Source: Takakia lepidozioides
Taxonomy: Eukaryota; Plantae; Bryophyta
Direction of reading: 5' to 3'
DNA length: 64,000 nt
Assembly (NCBI GenBank): GCA_030704615.1
Contig: CM060733.1
Coordinates: forward strand, 18,414,001 to 18,478,000
A model generated the notes under the pieces. The model ran no database searches. It saw only the letters and a program-made list of their open reading frames with translations, and had not been told where the DNA came from. This document shows, one piece after another, positions 26,264 through 37,289 of the stretch; the first letter of the stretch is position 1, and each line of letters starts with the position of its first letter. Both the position numbers and the translations under genes were made by a program.

Positions 26264-26491
26264 GTGCGTAATTGTGCGACATGTCACCATCCACATGTGG
26301 ATGGGAGGATAGATCCCAACCTTGCAGTGGTACCTGCAGGGTTGCGTTGCATGCTATGTGGGTATGCTCGTGGTGTCACCACTATGCTGGTGTGTGATCG
26401 ATGCTCAAGAGGTTGGCACATGGGATGCTTGACACCACCTCTTGAGAGGGTTCCTGATGGAGATTGGTTATGTCCACCCTGCTTGGGATAG
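26264..26491 (+). CDS. PHD finger at the integrase C-terminus
   Basis: CMLC-x10-CDRC-x4-HMGC-LTPPL..VPDGDWLCPPC gives an intact C4HC3 PHD. Confidence 0.9.
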   Translation: MRNCATCHHPHVDGRIDPNLAVVPAGLRCMLCGYARGVTTMLVCDRCSRGWHMGCLTPPLERVPDGDWLCPPCLG

Positions 26492-26751
26492 TGGCAGTGG
26501 ATATGACTAGTGACAGCTCACAAGACATGGGAGGCCAAGCTCATAGGAGTCAATACCCAAGATCTTAGGCTCAAGTTCACAGGTTGCAAGACGGTGACTA
26601 ACGATGGGGCAACTCTTGTACCCGGCCTCTTGATCTATTGAGTTTGAGTGTAGTAGGGACAATGCTGGAGGACCTAGTGAGGCTATGGCCACTATCACAT
26701 CTTATGGCTACCTAGACTTAGAGGGACCTAAGCGCCAGCTAGGGGGGCGAT

Positions 26752-27148
26752 TGTGATGGACTAGTGGCAGCCTAGTGATGGACTAGTGGCTGCACTAGTG
26801 GTGGCTAGTGGCAGCCTAGTGGTGGACTAGCGGCTGCACTAGTGGTGGCTAGTGGCAGTCTAGTGGTTGGACTAGTGGCTGCACTAGTGGTGGCTAGTGG
26901 CAGCCTAGTGGTTGGACTAGTGGTTGCACTAGTGGTGGGTAGTGACAGCCTTGTGGTTGGACTAGTGGCTGCACTAGTGGTGGCTAGTGGCAGCCTAGTG
27001 GTGGACTAGTGGCTGCACTAGTGGTGACTAGTGGCAGCCTAGTGGTGCACTAGTGGTGGACTAGTGATAGACTAGTGTTTGGTGTGCATATATGTTGTGT
27101 GGTTTTGGACAGCGATGTAGTTGTGTAACAATATGTATGCGCACGACA
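26752..27148 (+). repeat. Partial 3' LTR lacking its first ~318 bp, with a CTAGTGG tandem array
   Basis: Follows the PPT; matches 27469-27878; ends gcgcacgaca. Confidence 0.85.
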
Positions 27149-27150
27149 GC

Positions 27151-27878
27151 TGTCAAGTTATTTTACCACTGGTGTGAAGTTAGCTAGGAAATAGCTAGCT
27201 TTTATATATTGATATTTGGGATTGACCCAAGTGTCAATCCAGGGGCCAATACATGTTTGGGCACCTGACGTTGTTATCTTCATGGCAGATCGCGGTGGGC
27301 TCATCTTTCTCGAGTTGAGCCTCATCGCGTCTAGCTATGGCGCCGTAGTGTGGATTCCCCATGGCGTGGGGTGCACTTGGCTTGACTTAAGATATGAGTG
27401 ATGTTTTCATGTGCGAGTGTGTGAGTTTGAGAGAGCTTGTATGCTTGTATCATTCCTTTTCTTATCATTGTGATGGACTAGTGGCAGCCTAGTAATGGAC
27501 TAGTGGCTGCACTAGTGGTGGCTAGTGACAGCCTAGTGGTGGACTAGCGGTTGCACTAGTGGTGGCTAGTAGCAGCCTAGTGGTTGGACTAGTGGCTGCA
27601 CTAGTGGTGGCTAGTGGCAGCCTAGTGGTTGGACTAGTGGCTGCACTAGTGGTGGACTAGTGGCTGCACTAGTGGTGGCTAGTGGCAGCCTAGTGGTGGA
27701 CAAGTGGCTACACTAGTGGTGACTAGTGGTTGCACTAGTGGTGACTAGTGGTTGTCTAGCGGCAGCCTAGTGGTGCACTAGTGTTGGACTAGTGATAGAC
27801 TAGTGTTTGGTGTGCACATATGTTGTGTGGTTTTGGATAGCGATATGTAGTTGTGTAGCGATATGTATGCGCACGGCA
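27151..27878 (+). repeat. Complete LTR of the DNMT-bearing family, with TATA-like ttttatata and a ~44-bp CTAGTGG-based tandem array
   Basis: tgtcaagtta...gcgcacggca; homologous to the solo LTR at 29754-30075. Confidence 0.9.
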
Positions 27879-27882
27879 AGGC

Positions 27883-28479
27883 GGAGGCGCTCACTAGGTG
27901 GAGCCCCGCACACCGAGTTGCGGTGGGGGTGGCTCCACAAGGGGTGGAGGTAGCTTAGTGGGACTTAGTGGGGATGGCATAGGACTCACCATGGGGCAGA
28001 GACCTTGTGGTGGGAGTCGTGGGGAGTCTTGGGACTCACCACGGTCCAATGGGGCCGTGGTGGGTGGGCCAAGACTCACCGCGACTTATCACCGGGAATC
28101 AAGGGTCTTCGTGGTGGTTCGCCATAAAATAGCATGGTTGTTTGTGAAACCCCCGCGGACAGTCACAAAAGTATATATAGGGAGTAGTAACCCCGAGAAC
28201 GGTGCAAGCCCGTTGGTGACCAAAATCTAGTGAGTAAGCAAGCGAGCCGGAAAGCGACCAAGAAGTGGGGAGCTTTTCCGGACTGCCATCTACCAAAGGG
28301 AATTTCCACTAGGCCAAAATTGGTGGAGGGTCTGTTGGGGGAAAAAAAAAGGACCGTTATGTCCCGGTGAGCAGCCGAAGCTCCGAGTTGGCCTGGCGGC
28401 CAGGTTGGGAGTTAGGCGCGCACATCAAAGCGAGTAACTATGACTTGAAGGGGAGCTTACCGAAGTGAGGTGCGCGACA
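27883..28479 (+). repeat. Chromovirus 3' LTR, right part
   Basis: Continues the 5' LTR sequence from ggag(a/g)cgctcactagg to tgcgcgaca. Confidence 0.95.
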
Positions 28480-28700
28480 AAATCCCTCAGTCCGTATCCC
28501 TCCATATTGTTTCAAAAGTATGCAGGTTTTTGTACACAACCACAGTCGGATAAGAGTTTCATGTCGAAAAACTCTTTTGTTACGGCGAAGTATTTCAAAA
28601 AATTTAGTTCACATCCCTCCATATTTGTTCAAGAGCATGTAGTGCTCTGAACAATTCACTAACAGACAAGAGTTTCGTGTTGAGAAACCTTTTTCAATCT
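28480..28700. repeat. Continuation of the ~118-bp satellite (about 2 copies)
   Basis: Resumes in register at aaatccctcagtccgtatccctccatattg after the TSD. Confidence 0.9.
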
Positions 28701-28984
28701 TTGAATTCATTACTAAGAATTGTCGACATTGATGTTATCAAAGCGAAACAATCTCAGACCTTTTCAGATTCTGTTCTAAAATTCACGGCACAAGAAAGAA
28801 TATCTTGGTTTTATTGATAATCTAAATGACAGATGTACATGTTAACTCTGTTCCTAAAGAAAATTTCAGTAAGCGATCCACTTTATTGAGTTTACATTAT
28901 GCCACGATCGATACCCCAATGTTTCAATCGTAGAAAAGCGACAAAATACGCCTCACTCATTCTTGTAATTCGCCACTCTGGGCA

Positions 28985-30660
28985 CTATTGCCACCAACAC
29001 ACATACTACCGATCCTAGACTTCACAACATCCTCTCATCTGAAATTCCCACCTCAACAATGCATATATACAGATGGCTCCCTCGAAGAGGCGCAAGCAAC
29101 GTATGGAACTTACTGCATTAAAGATAACTTGAGGTCATACAAAAGACTCCCAAGACGCCAAAGTATCACAGGCGTAGAACTCATGGTTATCCATGATGCC
29201 ATAAAAATCTACCTATTTACGAACAGTTTGGTATCTGTCTACCTCACCAATAAAATCCTCTAAACCTATTATACAAATACACTATCCAAATCTAAACCTT
29301 ATTAAAGCAATCATTGAAGTTACTTCATCCCTCATGCTACAAATCCATATATATAAAGTTCGCTCCTATTCACACATATTAGGATGTGACATTGCGGGCC
29401 AGATGGCTCAGCTCGGCTCCATGCAACCTTCTGTAAATCCTCCCTATTCACTTAGCACACGCATATCCATCTGGCTCGTCTCAACTACGGTGAGATTATC
29501 ACACCTATACGGGATCTAGAAACATATGCACAAAAGAAACCAAATAATGAATCCAAGTACCCCGCACCGACACAAATTCATGCATATCAAAATGAATATC
29601 TTCCCCACACCTAATGCATGTCATGTCCAACCACTTTTGGACATCTCCTATAATTACTCATGCCCAAATCAGAGAACCACTACGATTCTGAGACAGCCAA
29701 CATGGGTAATAAAAAAAAGAAACCTATTTTGGCCATTATTATAGCATTGCACATGTCAAGTTAATTTGCTAGTAGTGTGAAACTGGCTAATAAATAAATA
29801 GTTTCTATATATTGACACTTGGGCTTGATTTAAGTGTCAACCCAGGGGTCAAGAGATTTGTTGGCCCCTGGGCGTGGTTTATCTCCACGACAGATGGCAA
29901 TGATGAGGCTTAACTCTCTCGAGTTGAGCCTCCCGCGTCGGCTATGGCGCGCGTAGTGCCGATTCCCCATAGCTTTTGGGGTGTGCTTAGCTTGACTCGT
30001 AATTTATAAGTGATGGTGTTTAGTTTTTGGTTTGGATAGCGATGTAGTTGTGCAGCGTTACATATGCACACGACACACATTATGCCATGCACAACCCCCA
30101 AAGTAGACACATGGCCATACCTACATCTCTATTGTAAGCACCCCATACTTCATGGATTACATATAACCAAACATAACCAATGAGTTTGGCATATTCAAAA
30201 ACTTCTTCTAGCACATCTTAAATCCAGCTGGCTTAATCTCATCAATGTAGGCACGTTTTAACCACCATGGCTTCTACCCTGCACATGTCTCTATTCCGTT
30301 GTCTAGCAAGGTTATGCCCTGATATTCTACTTATCCATGGACTACCTTTTTCGTCAACAATACCAACAAGTCCACATCCTTACCTCACCGTTCATGTAAT
30401 AGAATCTGCATTTTGTCAAGATAGAGACCCTAACCAATCAATTATGTATAAACGTGAAAAATATGAACCACTCATTTTAGCCCTTTGTCACCATGGATGG
30501 AACACCGCCCCTTTGACTATCATTACCGCCGGTAGAGGGGGAGTACATTGCCACAACACTCAAATTCTCAAAGAAAACCTCAAACTTTCGTTAAAATACA
30601 CCACCCTACTCCTAGCACCTTGCATTTCATAGCTATTACGTCACTTACAGCCTATTAGAG
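28985..30660 (+). mobile_element. Degenerate 3' part of a non-LTR retrotransposon with RNase H, CCHC knuckle and restriction-like endonuclease (RandI/Dualen-like)
   Basis: IYTDGS...ITGVELMVI...IYLFTNSL and HIYKVRSYSHILGCDIAGQMA (RNase H); C...DTWPYLHLYCKHP..HGLHITKHN (knuckle + RHN); CPDILL...HVIES...KREKYEPL (PD..E..K..KY RLE). Confidence 0.7.
29754..30075 (+). mobile_element. Solo LTR related to the DNMT-bearing family
   Basis: tgtcaagtta...gcacacgaca with 4-bp TSD caca (29750-29753 / 30076-30079); shares ctcgagttgagcctc, gattccccat and ggatagcgat..tagttgtg with 27151-27878 but lacks the CTAGTGG array. Confidence 0.9.
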
Positions 30661-32156
30661 AATATTTGATGAACAAATGGGATGAAGACGTGGGCATTTG
30701 GTACACCTAAGCACACTATTTGCCCATTAAATCAACCATCAATAAATCTACAACCACTAGTGGTTGATTTAGTGGGGGGGGGGGGGGGGGGTTTTGAAGA
30801 GTCAGATGGTTTGTAGATGATGTGTCGAGGGTGGTAGATGATGTTTGATTCCACCAGCATTTGATATTTATTCCATATGCCTTTAAGGCGTCACAATGGA
30901 TCATCCCTTCCTGCGTTGGGAGCATAAGCTGGGAACATATGGGAACAGTGGAGAACGCAGCTGAAGCTTTGTCACCGTGCTTACAGAGCCAACAAAAGCA
31001 AGAGAGTATATCTTATCGGTTCGGACACGAGCATGCCCTATCATGGCGCCCCACAATCTGAGCTCAACCTCACACCCTCCGAGAGCCAAGCAGGCCCTCG
31101 GTATATTTGGCCACCATGGAACCTTTCGTTCACGAACCGTGAATTGTTGGAGTGAAACCAGGCTGACTGAATGTAGCTTGAAGGATTTGAGTCGGAGCAA
31201 GCTTGACTTGAAGTCACAGCATGTAAAACTATAGAACAGATATCTGCGAAATAGAGTGGGGCCCATCCCATCCATGGGCATGTCCCCAGCCAATGAATGT
31301 CTGGCTGGCGCATTACAGGTGTTAGAGTGGCGGGGTGGTGAAATAGTTGAAGAGAGGAGGGCAGTGCAGGACGTGATCCTCTCCCGGCTTTGCGGGGGCT
31401 TCCTATGGTTTTTGGAAGAAGCGGTTAGAAGAAGATTATATGGTTCTTAATGTATAAATGGTGATGCAAAAAGTCCTTGCTCTGCCATTGAGGTCTGTGG
31501 CGTGTCGATGTTTCTCATTTTTTCGCATCCGATTTCTATCTGTAGCCCACGGAGCGGGTAGATTCTGCTCTCTTTGTGCTTCTGTATCGGTGCTTGTTTC
31601 GACATCTGCATTTGAATGAGTAGGCTACAGTAGCATTCTGGAATACGTTTCTGATGTTCCGGATGGCTGTCAGGCAAAGGGACGTGAGCTATGCCTGGTT
31701 TCATGTGGTTTGTAAACCGCATTTCTTACCCTCAGCCAAGGTGCGCCTGCCCTAGCTCGTGTTGCCAGTTTGAGACTTCGGATGTAACCATTCCCTGCCC
31801 TGCTTCTGGATCACAAGCGTCCTTTTCAGCCTGGATATGGAGATTTCGTATCACTGAATTTCCTGAAATATGATTTTATCCAAGTAAGAATCCTTGGCGA
31901 GCTGAGTACACGTTAGAATGCTGAGGGACGAATTTCCAAATTCCTGTCCTGGCATTCGAAATGACGGAGGCCGAGACGCTGTGTAGTTACATGACACATT
32001 GGCTGGTTAGTCTCCCTTCTGGTTGAAGAGACGTAAGCAACGTATCGCCACGCTCACCAGATCTACAAGGAGGTCTCGGGAGACAAGACCAGCAGAGATT
32101 GTGTAGGTGATAGAGAGCTGTGCGAACACATCGGTTTCTGCTAACTTGTCGGCGTC

Positions 32157-35100
32157 ATGGCCCTCGAGTTCTCTTGCAAGGCCGGTCCTCTCGGCACGCT
32201 GGAGATTGGATTTATTTCCAAGAGTCACTTCTGCCATAATGCAAGAGTGTCTTTATCTCACAGGCCGTCTAACTCTCCTAGGATGGAGTCGAATGTGTCA
32301 ATGCACAGAGTTAACTCTGCAAGCGACAGAGATTGTGGGCCTTTGCACCAATGTCTGCAGGCCGACTTTATGGGATCAAACATCCTTACTTCTTCCTCGT
32401 CGCAATCTATCAGTTCTGTGGTGATGCACGCTTCCCGAAGCTCAAGATGTCGTACAAAGAATGCCCGAATTATTGTAGCCAGTAGCTCAAGAGACCAAGG
32501 AAAGCGCGTTGCTTTGACACCGGAGACTCAGAGACGTCATACGGCTGTGGCGGTCACAGGAACTCTCGCGCCTCTTAGTGGGAAATATGCAGATGAGCAG
32601 GATTTCATTAAAGCTGGAGGAGTCGAGTTGGAGCTTGTGCAAATGCAGGCATCTAAATCCATGGAACAGCCTAAAATTGCTGAGAAGGTTTGTTTAGAGT
32701 GCCCCTTCTTAAGGCTACTTCGAACAAGCTGTCGTTTCAGTTTGTTTAAGGGCCATGTGCCCTTCCTTGTCGATGGTATCTCAATCTGCAATCCGTCTAT
32801 AGCCCTGCATGTGGTGTTCTGCTGAAATTTATGTGATGGCTTATTCTGAGTGGCAGATATTCAGGCAGCCAACATTTTTTCCCTGCAGGAGCCATTTTAT
32901 TGGTCAGATTCATAGTGTTGTTTTGAAGCAGAAACGTAGTAAGCGCCTCATGGTACTCCATCAAAGAATCCCTAGCAGGGTGAACTTTGGTAAAGTTCTT
33001 CCTGTCACGTCAATGGGCCTCAATTTGCATCTTGTGCTAAAGAGAAACATAAAATTTGGCTGAGCATCTCTTACCCCAGCTCTAATTCATCTCTTTGGGT
33101 GGATGCAGTTGCGGCCTCTTGCAGTTGAAACATTGGATTTGGTTATTGTTGGCTGTGGTCCAGCTGGAATATCACTGGCAGCTGAGGCAGCCAAACAGGG
33201 CTTAAGTGTGGGGCTGGTTGGTCCAGACACACCTTTTGTTAACAATTACGGTGTATGGGAGGATGAATTTGCAGGTATGTTTGTCATTAATCATGGGATT
33301 GAAGTTGTTGTGGTGAAACAAAGCATGTATATTCGTGTGTGGAGTTTATCTATCTGAAAGTCTAAGTAAACTTTTGTGAATGACAAAAGACAAGCATGTT
33401 AGAAAAACATCAGTAGGAATATGTGTTTCCTCTCCCAACAAACTTTCACAGTGGATTTCCAAGTAAGTTCAGGCAATGTTTGTGTGAAAACCTATTTGGC
33501 AGGTTTGGGGCTTGAAAATTGTATAGAGCAGACTTGGAGAGACTCGGCAATGTACATTGATGGGGACACCCCAGTCATGATTGGGCGTGCTTATGGACGA
33601 GTGAGCCGGTTCTTGCTTCGAGAGGAGTTGTTGAAAAGGTACAGAGATTAATCGAAGCGATGCAGCAGTGAGCCACCTGCTTTATTTGTTGGCAGTTGGA
33701 TGTACACATACATATTATTCATTAAAACCAGTGGTATAAGTGTTAACAATCCCTGGTGGAAGATAAATCCATTTGTACAGCAACAAACTTTTGCAAGAAT
33801 CTTTTTAAGTTGCCATCAGGGTCCAAGGAACTCTCCAAATGCCATGTTGAGTGTTGCTGGTGCATCATGGGATCACTTCTCGAACTGAGTAAGTGCTTAC
33901 AGGTGTGCAGAGGCGGGTGTTGGATATCTAGACTCCGAGGTGGAAAGGATTGTGGACGTAGATGAAAATGAGAGCACTGTTATCTGCAGCAATGGAAGAG
34001 AAATCAATTGCAGGTACTGTTCTGAGTACTTATGCTGTTGTCCTTTCTAGATGAAAGAGTAAAAAATCAATGGGTCTGAATGTGGTTGCATACTGATGGT
34101 CTTGTATGCAATTTGGATATTACCTTGGCAATAAAACTTATATTTCAGTGTTCTGGGCTGTGATTAGGCTTGTCACAGTTGCATCAGGGGCAGCAGCTGG
34201 TAGATTTCTCAAATATGAGCCAGGTGGTCCTGGAGTGAGTGTTCAAACAGCTTATGGAATTGAAGTGGAGGTATGACGTCAGTAACCTCACAGCTGTGCA
34301 GAGCCATGTAATTTATAGCAAGTAGAATAGGCTGTAACAAGTTGAGACAAATGTTTCAGTTTTCAGACAGCACTTGCTGTGTGTTTAAGTGAGACCAAGG
34401 GTTATGGGTAGCAAGAATGTCAAAACAGTAATGTCTTAGTATCTCCTTCTGTGCATATTGTTGTGAAGCTTTTGAGCTTTGTTTCCATGGAGATGTCTGC
34501 CTGTCAATGCAGTATGGCATCGTCAAATTAGTAAGATGCTTGTAACTTCAGCAACTAGGACTACGGTGCTTGCATAGCATTTCTCATAGACTTGTTGTGG
34601 CTAGTAGAGTGCTTGTCCATAACCAGAATGCAATACTAGATCACCGTAGTGTTAGGATTACTTGTCTATCTGGCAACCTACCCATGCAGGCATTCAGTTT
34701 TTTCCTGTCAGTTGCCAAAATTGCCTCAGCCTGAAGTTCTTGGAAATCCCTGGACTCATGGGAATTTGTAGCACTAATGCCAAGCCTTGCTGCATGTTTG
34801 CAGGTTGAAAACTACCCATATGATTCCGATCTGATGCTGTTCATGGACTATCGAGATTCCAGGGCATGGGGCTCAGAGAAGGGCGCTTTCAAGGAGGTTC
34901 CTACATTTCTCTATGCAATGCCACTGTCACCAACTCGAGTGTTCTTCGAGGTAGAGCTGACAACTCACATGGGGGTAAACTAAGCAGGCTAGTTCTTGTG
35001 TGTAGTTTTCTCTACCTCATTCTTCTTTCTCTGTCTCTCTGTCCAAGTTCCCTTAACACAGTTTTTGGCTATGTGTTGTTTTACTGTATCAGGAGACATG

Positions 35101-37289
35101 CCTGGCTGCAAGGCCGGTTATGCCCTTTGCCTTGCTGAAGGAAAGGTTACTACAGCGATTTGAGAAGATGGGGATCAAAGTGTCACAAATATATGAAGAG
35201 GTAACTTATAAATTCTCTCGCCAAAACTGCAAGTTTTCGCTGTAGAAAACCGAAAAATGTGTCCATGTGGGGAGCTCTGACAGCTGGCCCGTGCAGAGGT
35301 ATAGTTCTGTAGTAGGGGAGTTAGTCAATAGCTTTGGAAATACACTCTCTCCTCTCTCTTTCTCACATACTCACATGCCCCCTTACATGTATACGGACAC
35401 TTCTTCTGTAGGAATGGTCGTACATTCCAGTGGGTGGTACTCTTCCCGACACAAGACAGCAACACCTGGGCTTTGGTGCAGCTGCGAGCATGGTCCATCC
35501 TGCCACTGGTAAGTCATTCCCTGCATAAGACTTAAATGTACAAGTAGCCCCCCAAATCCATTCTGGCTTTTTCAGATTGTTTGAAATGCAATTTGACGGT
35601 ACTTGAAACAATTCAAGGTAAAATGCTCCCTGACAGGCAAAAACATCAACTCACCTCCCCATAGCTACAAGGCTCTTGCAGAACCTTGTGTGGACATGGT
35701 CAATTGAGGCTCTTGTAAAGAATGCTGGGGTTGATGTAAGAATTCTGGACAGCTCAAATAAAATTGACTCCCTGTCTGGGGGTGCATTAATGTCTTCCTC
35801 CAAATTTGCACATATTCCAGTGCATGGTGGTTGTGTCAGAGGTACTTCAAAGCATGTCAGTCAGGGGTTTGAGCTGGTATGGAAGGCTAGCTCCTAGTCC
35901 AATTGCTCACATTAGAAGGCATTTTACTAACTGCCTCACCCTGAAAGACCTGCTGGAGATCCTGAACTTTCTACCCCTAAAAGTGTTGTCCCTTTTTTCT
36001 TTTTAAGGTGCACAAGGACAAAAGGAGTCTTGTCATCAACACATCCTATGAAACCTGAATTAAGTTCAGGGAAATATGAAATCTGAGCACGTAGCTCTGC
36101 TTCCATGCTTACCTTCTGCCAGAAGTTTCAAGGCCTTCTGTAGCTTTATATGATGGCCTTGTTCTCATGGTTCAGCACAGCTTTCTGATATCTCTAAGAA
36201 AGGGCCTTATGTTACTTGTATATAGAAGAAATGATTATTGCATCTTCACGAAGGACAGATGCATGTGTCATCTTGCCGCAGGGTAGGATTCTGGTTCAAA
36301 GGTGTACGGAATCTAATGAACTGAAGAATATGTTCTGGGGACAGGTTACTCAGTAGTAAGCTCCTTATCTGAGGCACCACACTATGCTGCGGCAATTGCC
36401 ACTGCACTGAAGTCTGCCAAGAAAAACCCCACCTTCCTCCAAATCAAACAAGATTCAAGATCCGCTGCCTTGGAAGGTACATGTAACTCATCTTCTGTGA
36501 AAGTATAGTCTTGCATGTACTACACTAAATAACATATGTTATTCTGTTGTGTCCACCTTTGTTTGGACATTGCCAAGTTATCTGTAGGTCGCTTCAACAT
36601 TGGGTGGGACAATAACTATTCAGGCTTTTGCTTGCAGCATGGGATGCCCTCTGGCCCAGAGAGAGAAAGCGCCAGCGTGCTTTCTTTCTGTTTGGACTCG
36701 AGCTAATCTTGCAACTAGACAGGGTGGGCATCCGCGAGTTTTTTAGAACGTTCTTCAGTCTGCCTGAATGGTAAGTTCCCTCATCTACTTCCAGTAGGTT
36801 TAGGTGTGGATCGTATGCAGTCTATTCTGAGTGGGGTGACCTTACTCAACATGCCAATCAGAAGGTCATCTGCCTGTCTGATGTACCTCACTTTGTCGAA
36901 CCCAGGATTTTAATAATAGAAGGGATGAGTCACAGTTTCCTTGGGCTGTCCAATGGTCTGCCTTTGCTTTCTTCTTTATGCTGGGTATTTATTGGCCATT
37001 GACTAGAGATCACTCGTATAATGTGGGGTGGATTGTCATTAATTTGCTGTCATGTTTACTTGACAGGCTGTGGAAGGGCTTTCTTGGTTCAAAGCTTTCC
37101 TCAGTGGACCTCATCTGGTTTGCACTTGCCACGTTTTTTCTGGCGCCAAATACCTTACGCTATGGTTTGGTAAGGCACCTAATGGTGGACCCAAGTGGCG
37201 CGACCCTAATACGCACCTATGCTGGTCGAGAGATGGAGAACTCCATTACCCCTTATATTCAGCCAGTGAGAACTGAAGTAGCCCCTTGA
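32157..37289 (+). CDS. LCYE: Lycopene epsilon-cyclase, chloroplastic (11 exons, ~628 aa)
   Basis: Exons 32157-32687, 33109-33274, 33503-33638, 33903-34013, 34168-34270, 34804-34950, 35093-35200, 35412-35508, 36345-36476, 36638-36770, 37067-37289 (all GT-AG, 1887 nt, in frame). Motifs YADEQDFIKAGG..L.LVQMQ..KSME (epsilon-specific), DLVIVGCGPAG, NNYGVWEDEF, PTFLYAMP, GAAASMVHPATGYSV. Confidence 0.95.

Larger units (their letters stand above)
19317..27878 (+). mobile_element. Ty3/gypsy LTR retrotransposon encoding a C5-cytosine methyltransferase and an integrase-linked PHD finger; non-autonomous copy (RT deleted)
   Basis: Begins tgtcaag and ends gcacggca; 4-bp TSD aggc (19313-19316 / 27879-27882); gag, DSG protease, DNMT motifs, RNase H tail, integrase, PHD, PPT aggggggcga at 26741. 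Confidence 0.9.
11892..28479 (+). mobile_element. Ty3/gypsy chromovirus LTR retrotransposon (Tcn1-like), full length, defective, with two nested insertions
   Basis: TG...CA LTRs, 5-bp TSD aaatc (11887-11891 / 28480-28484), tRNA-Met-type PBS, gag-PR-RT-RH-INT-chromodomain order. Confidence 0.95.
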
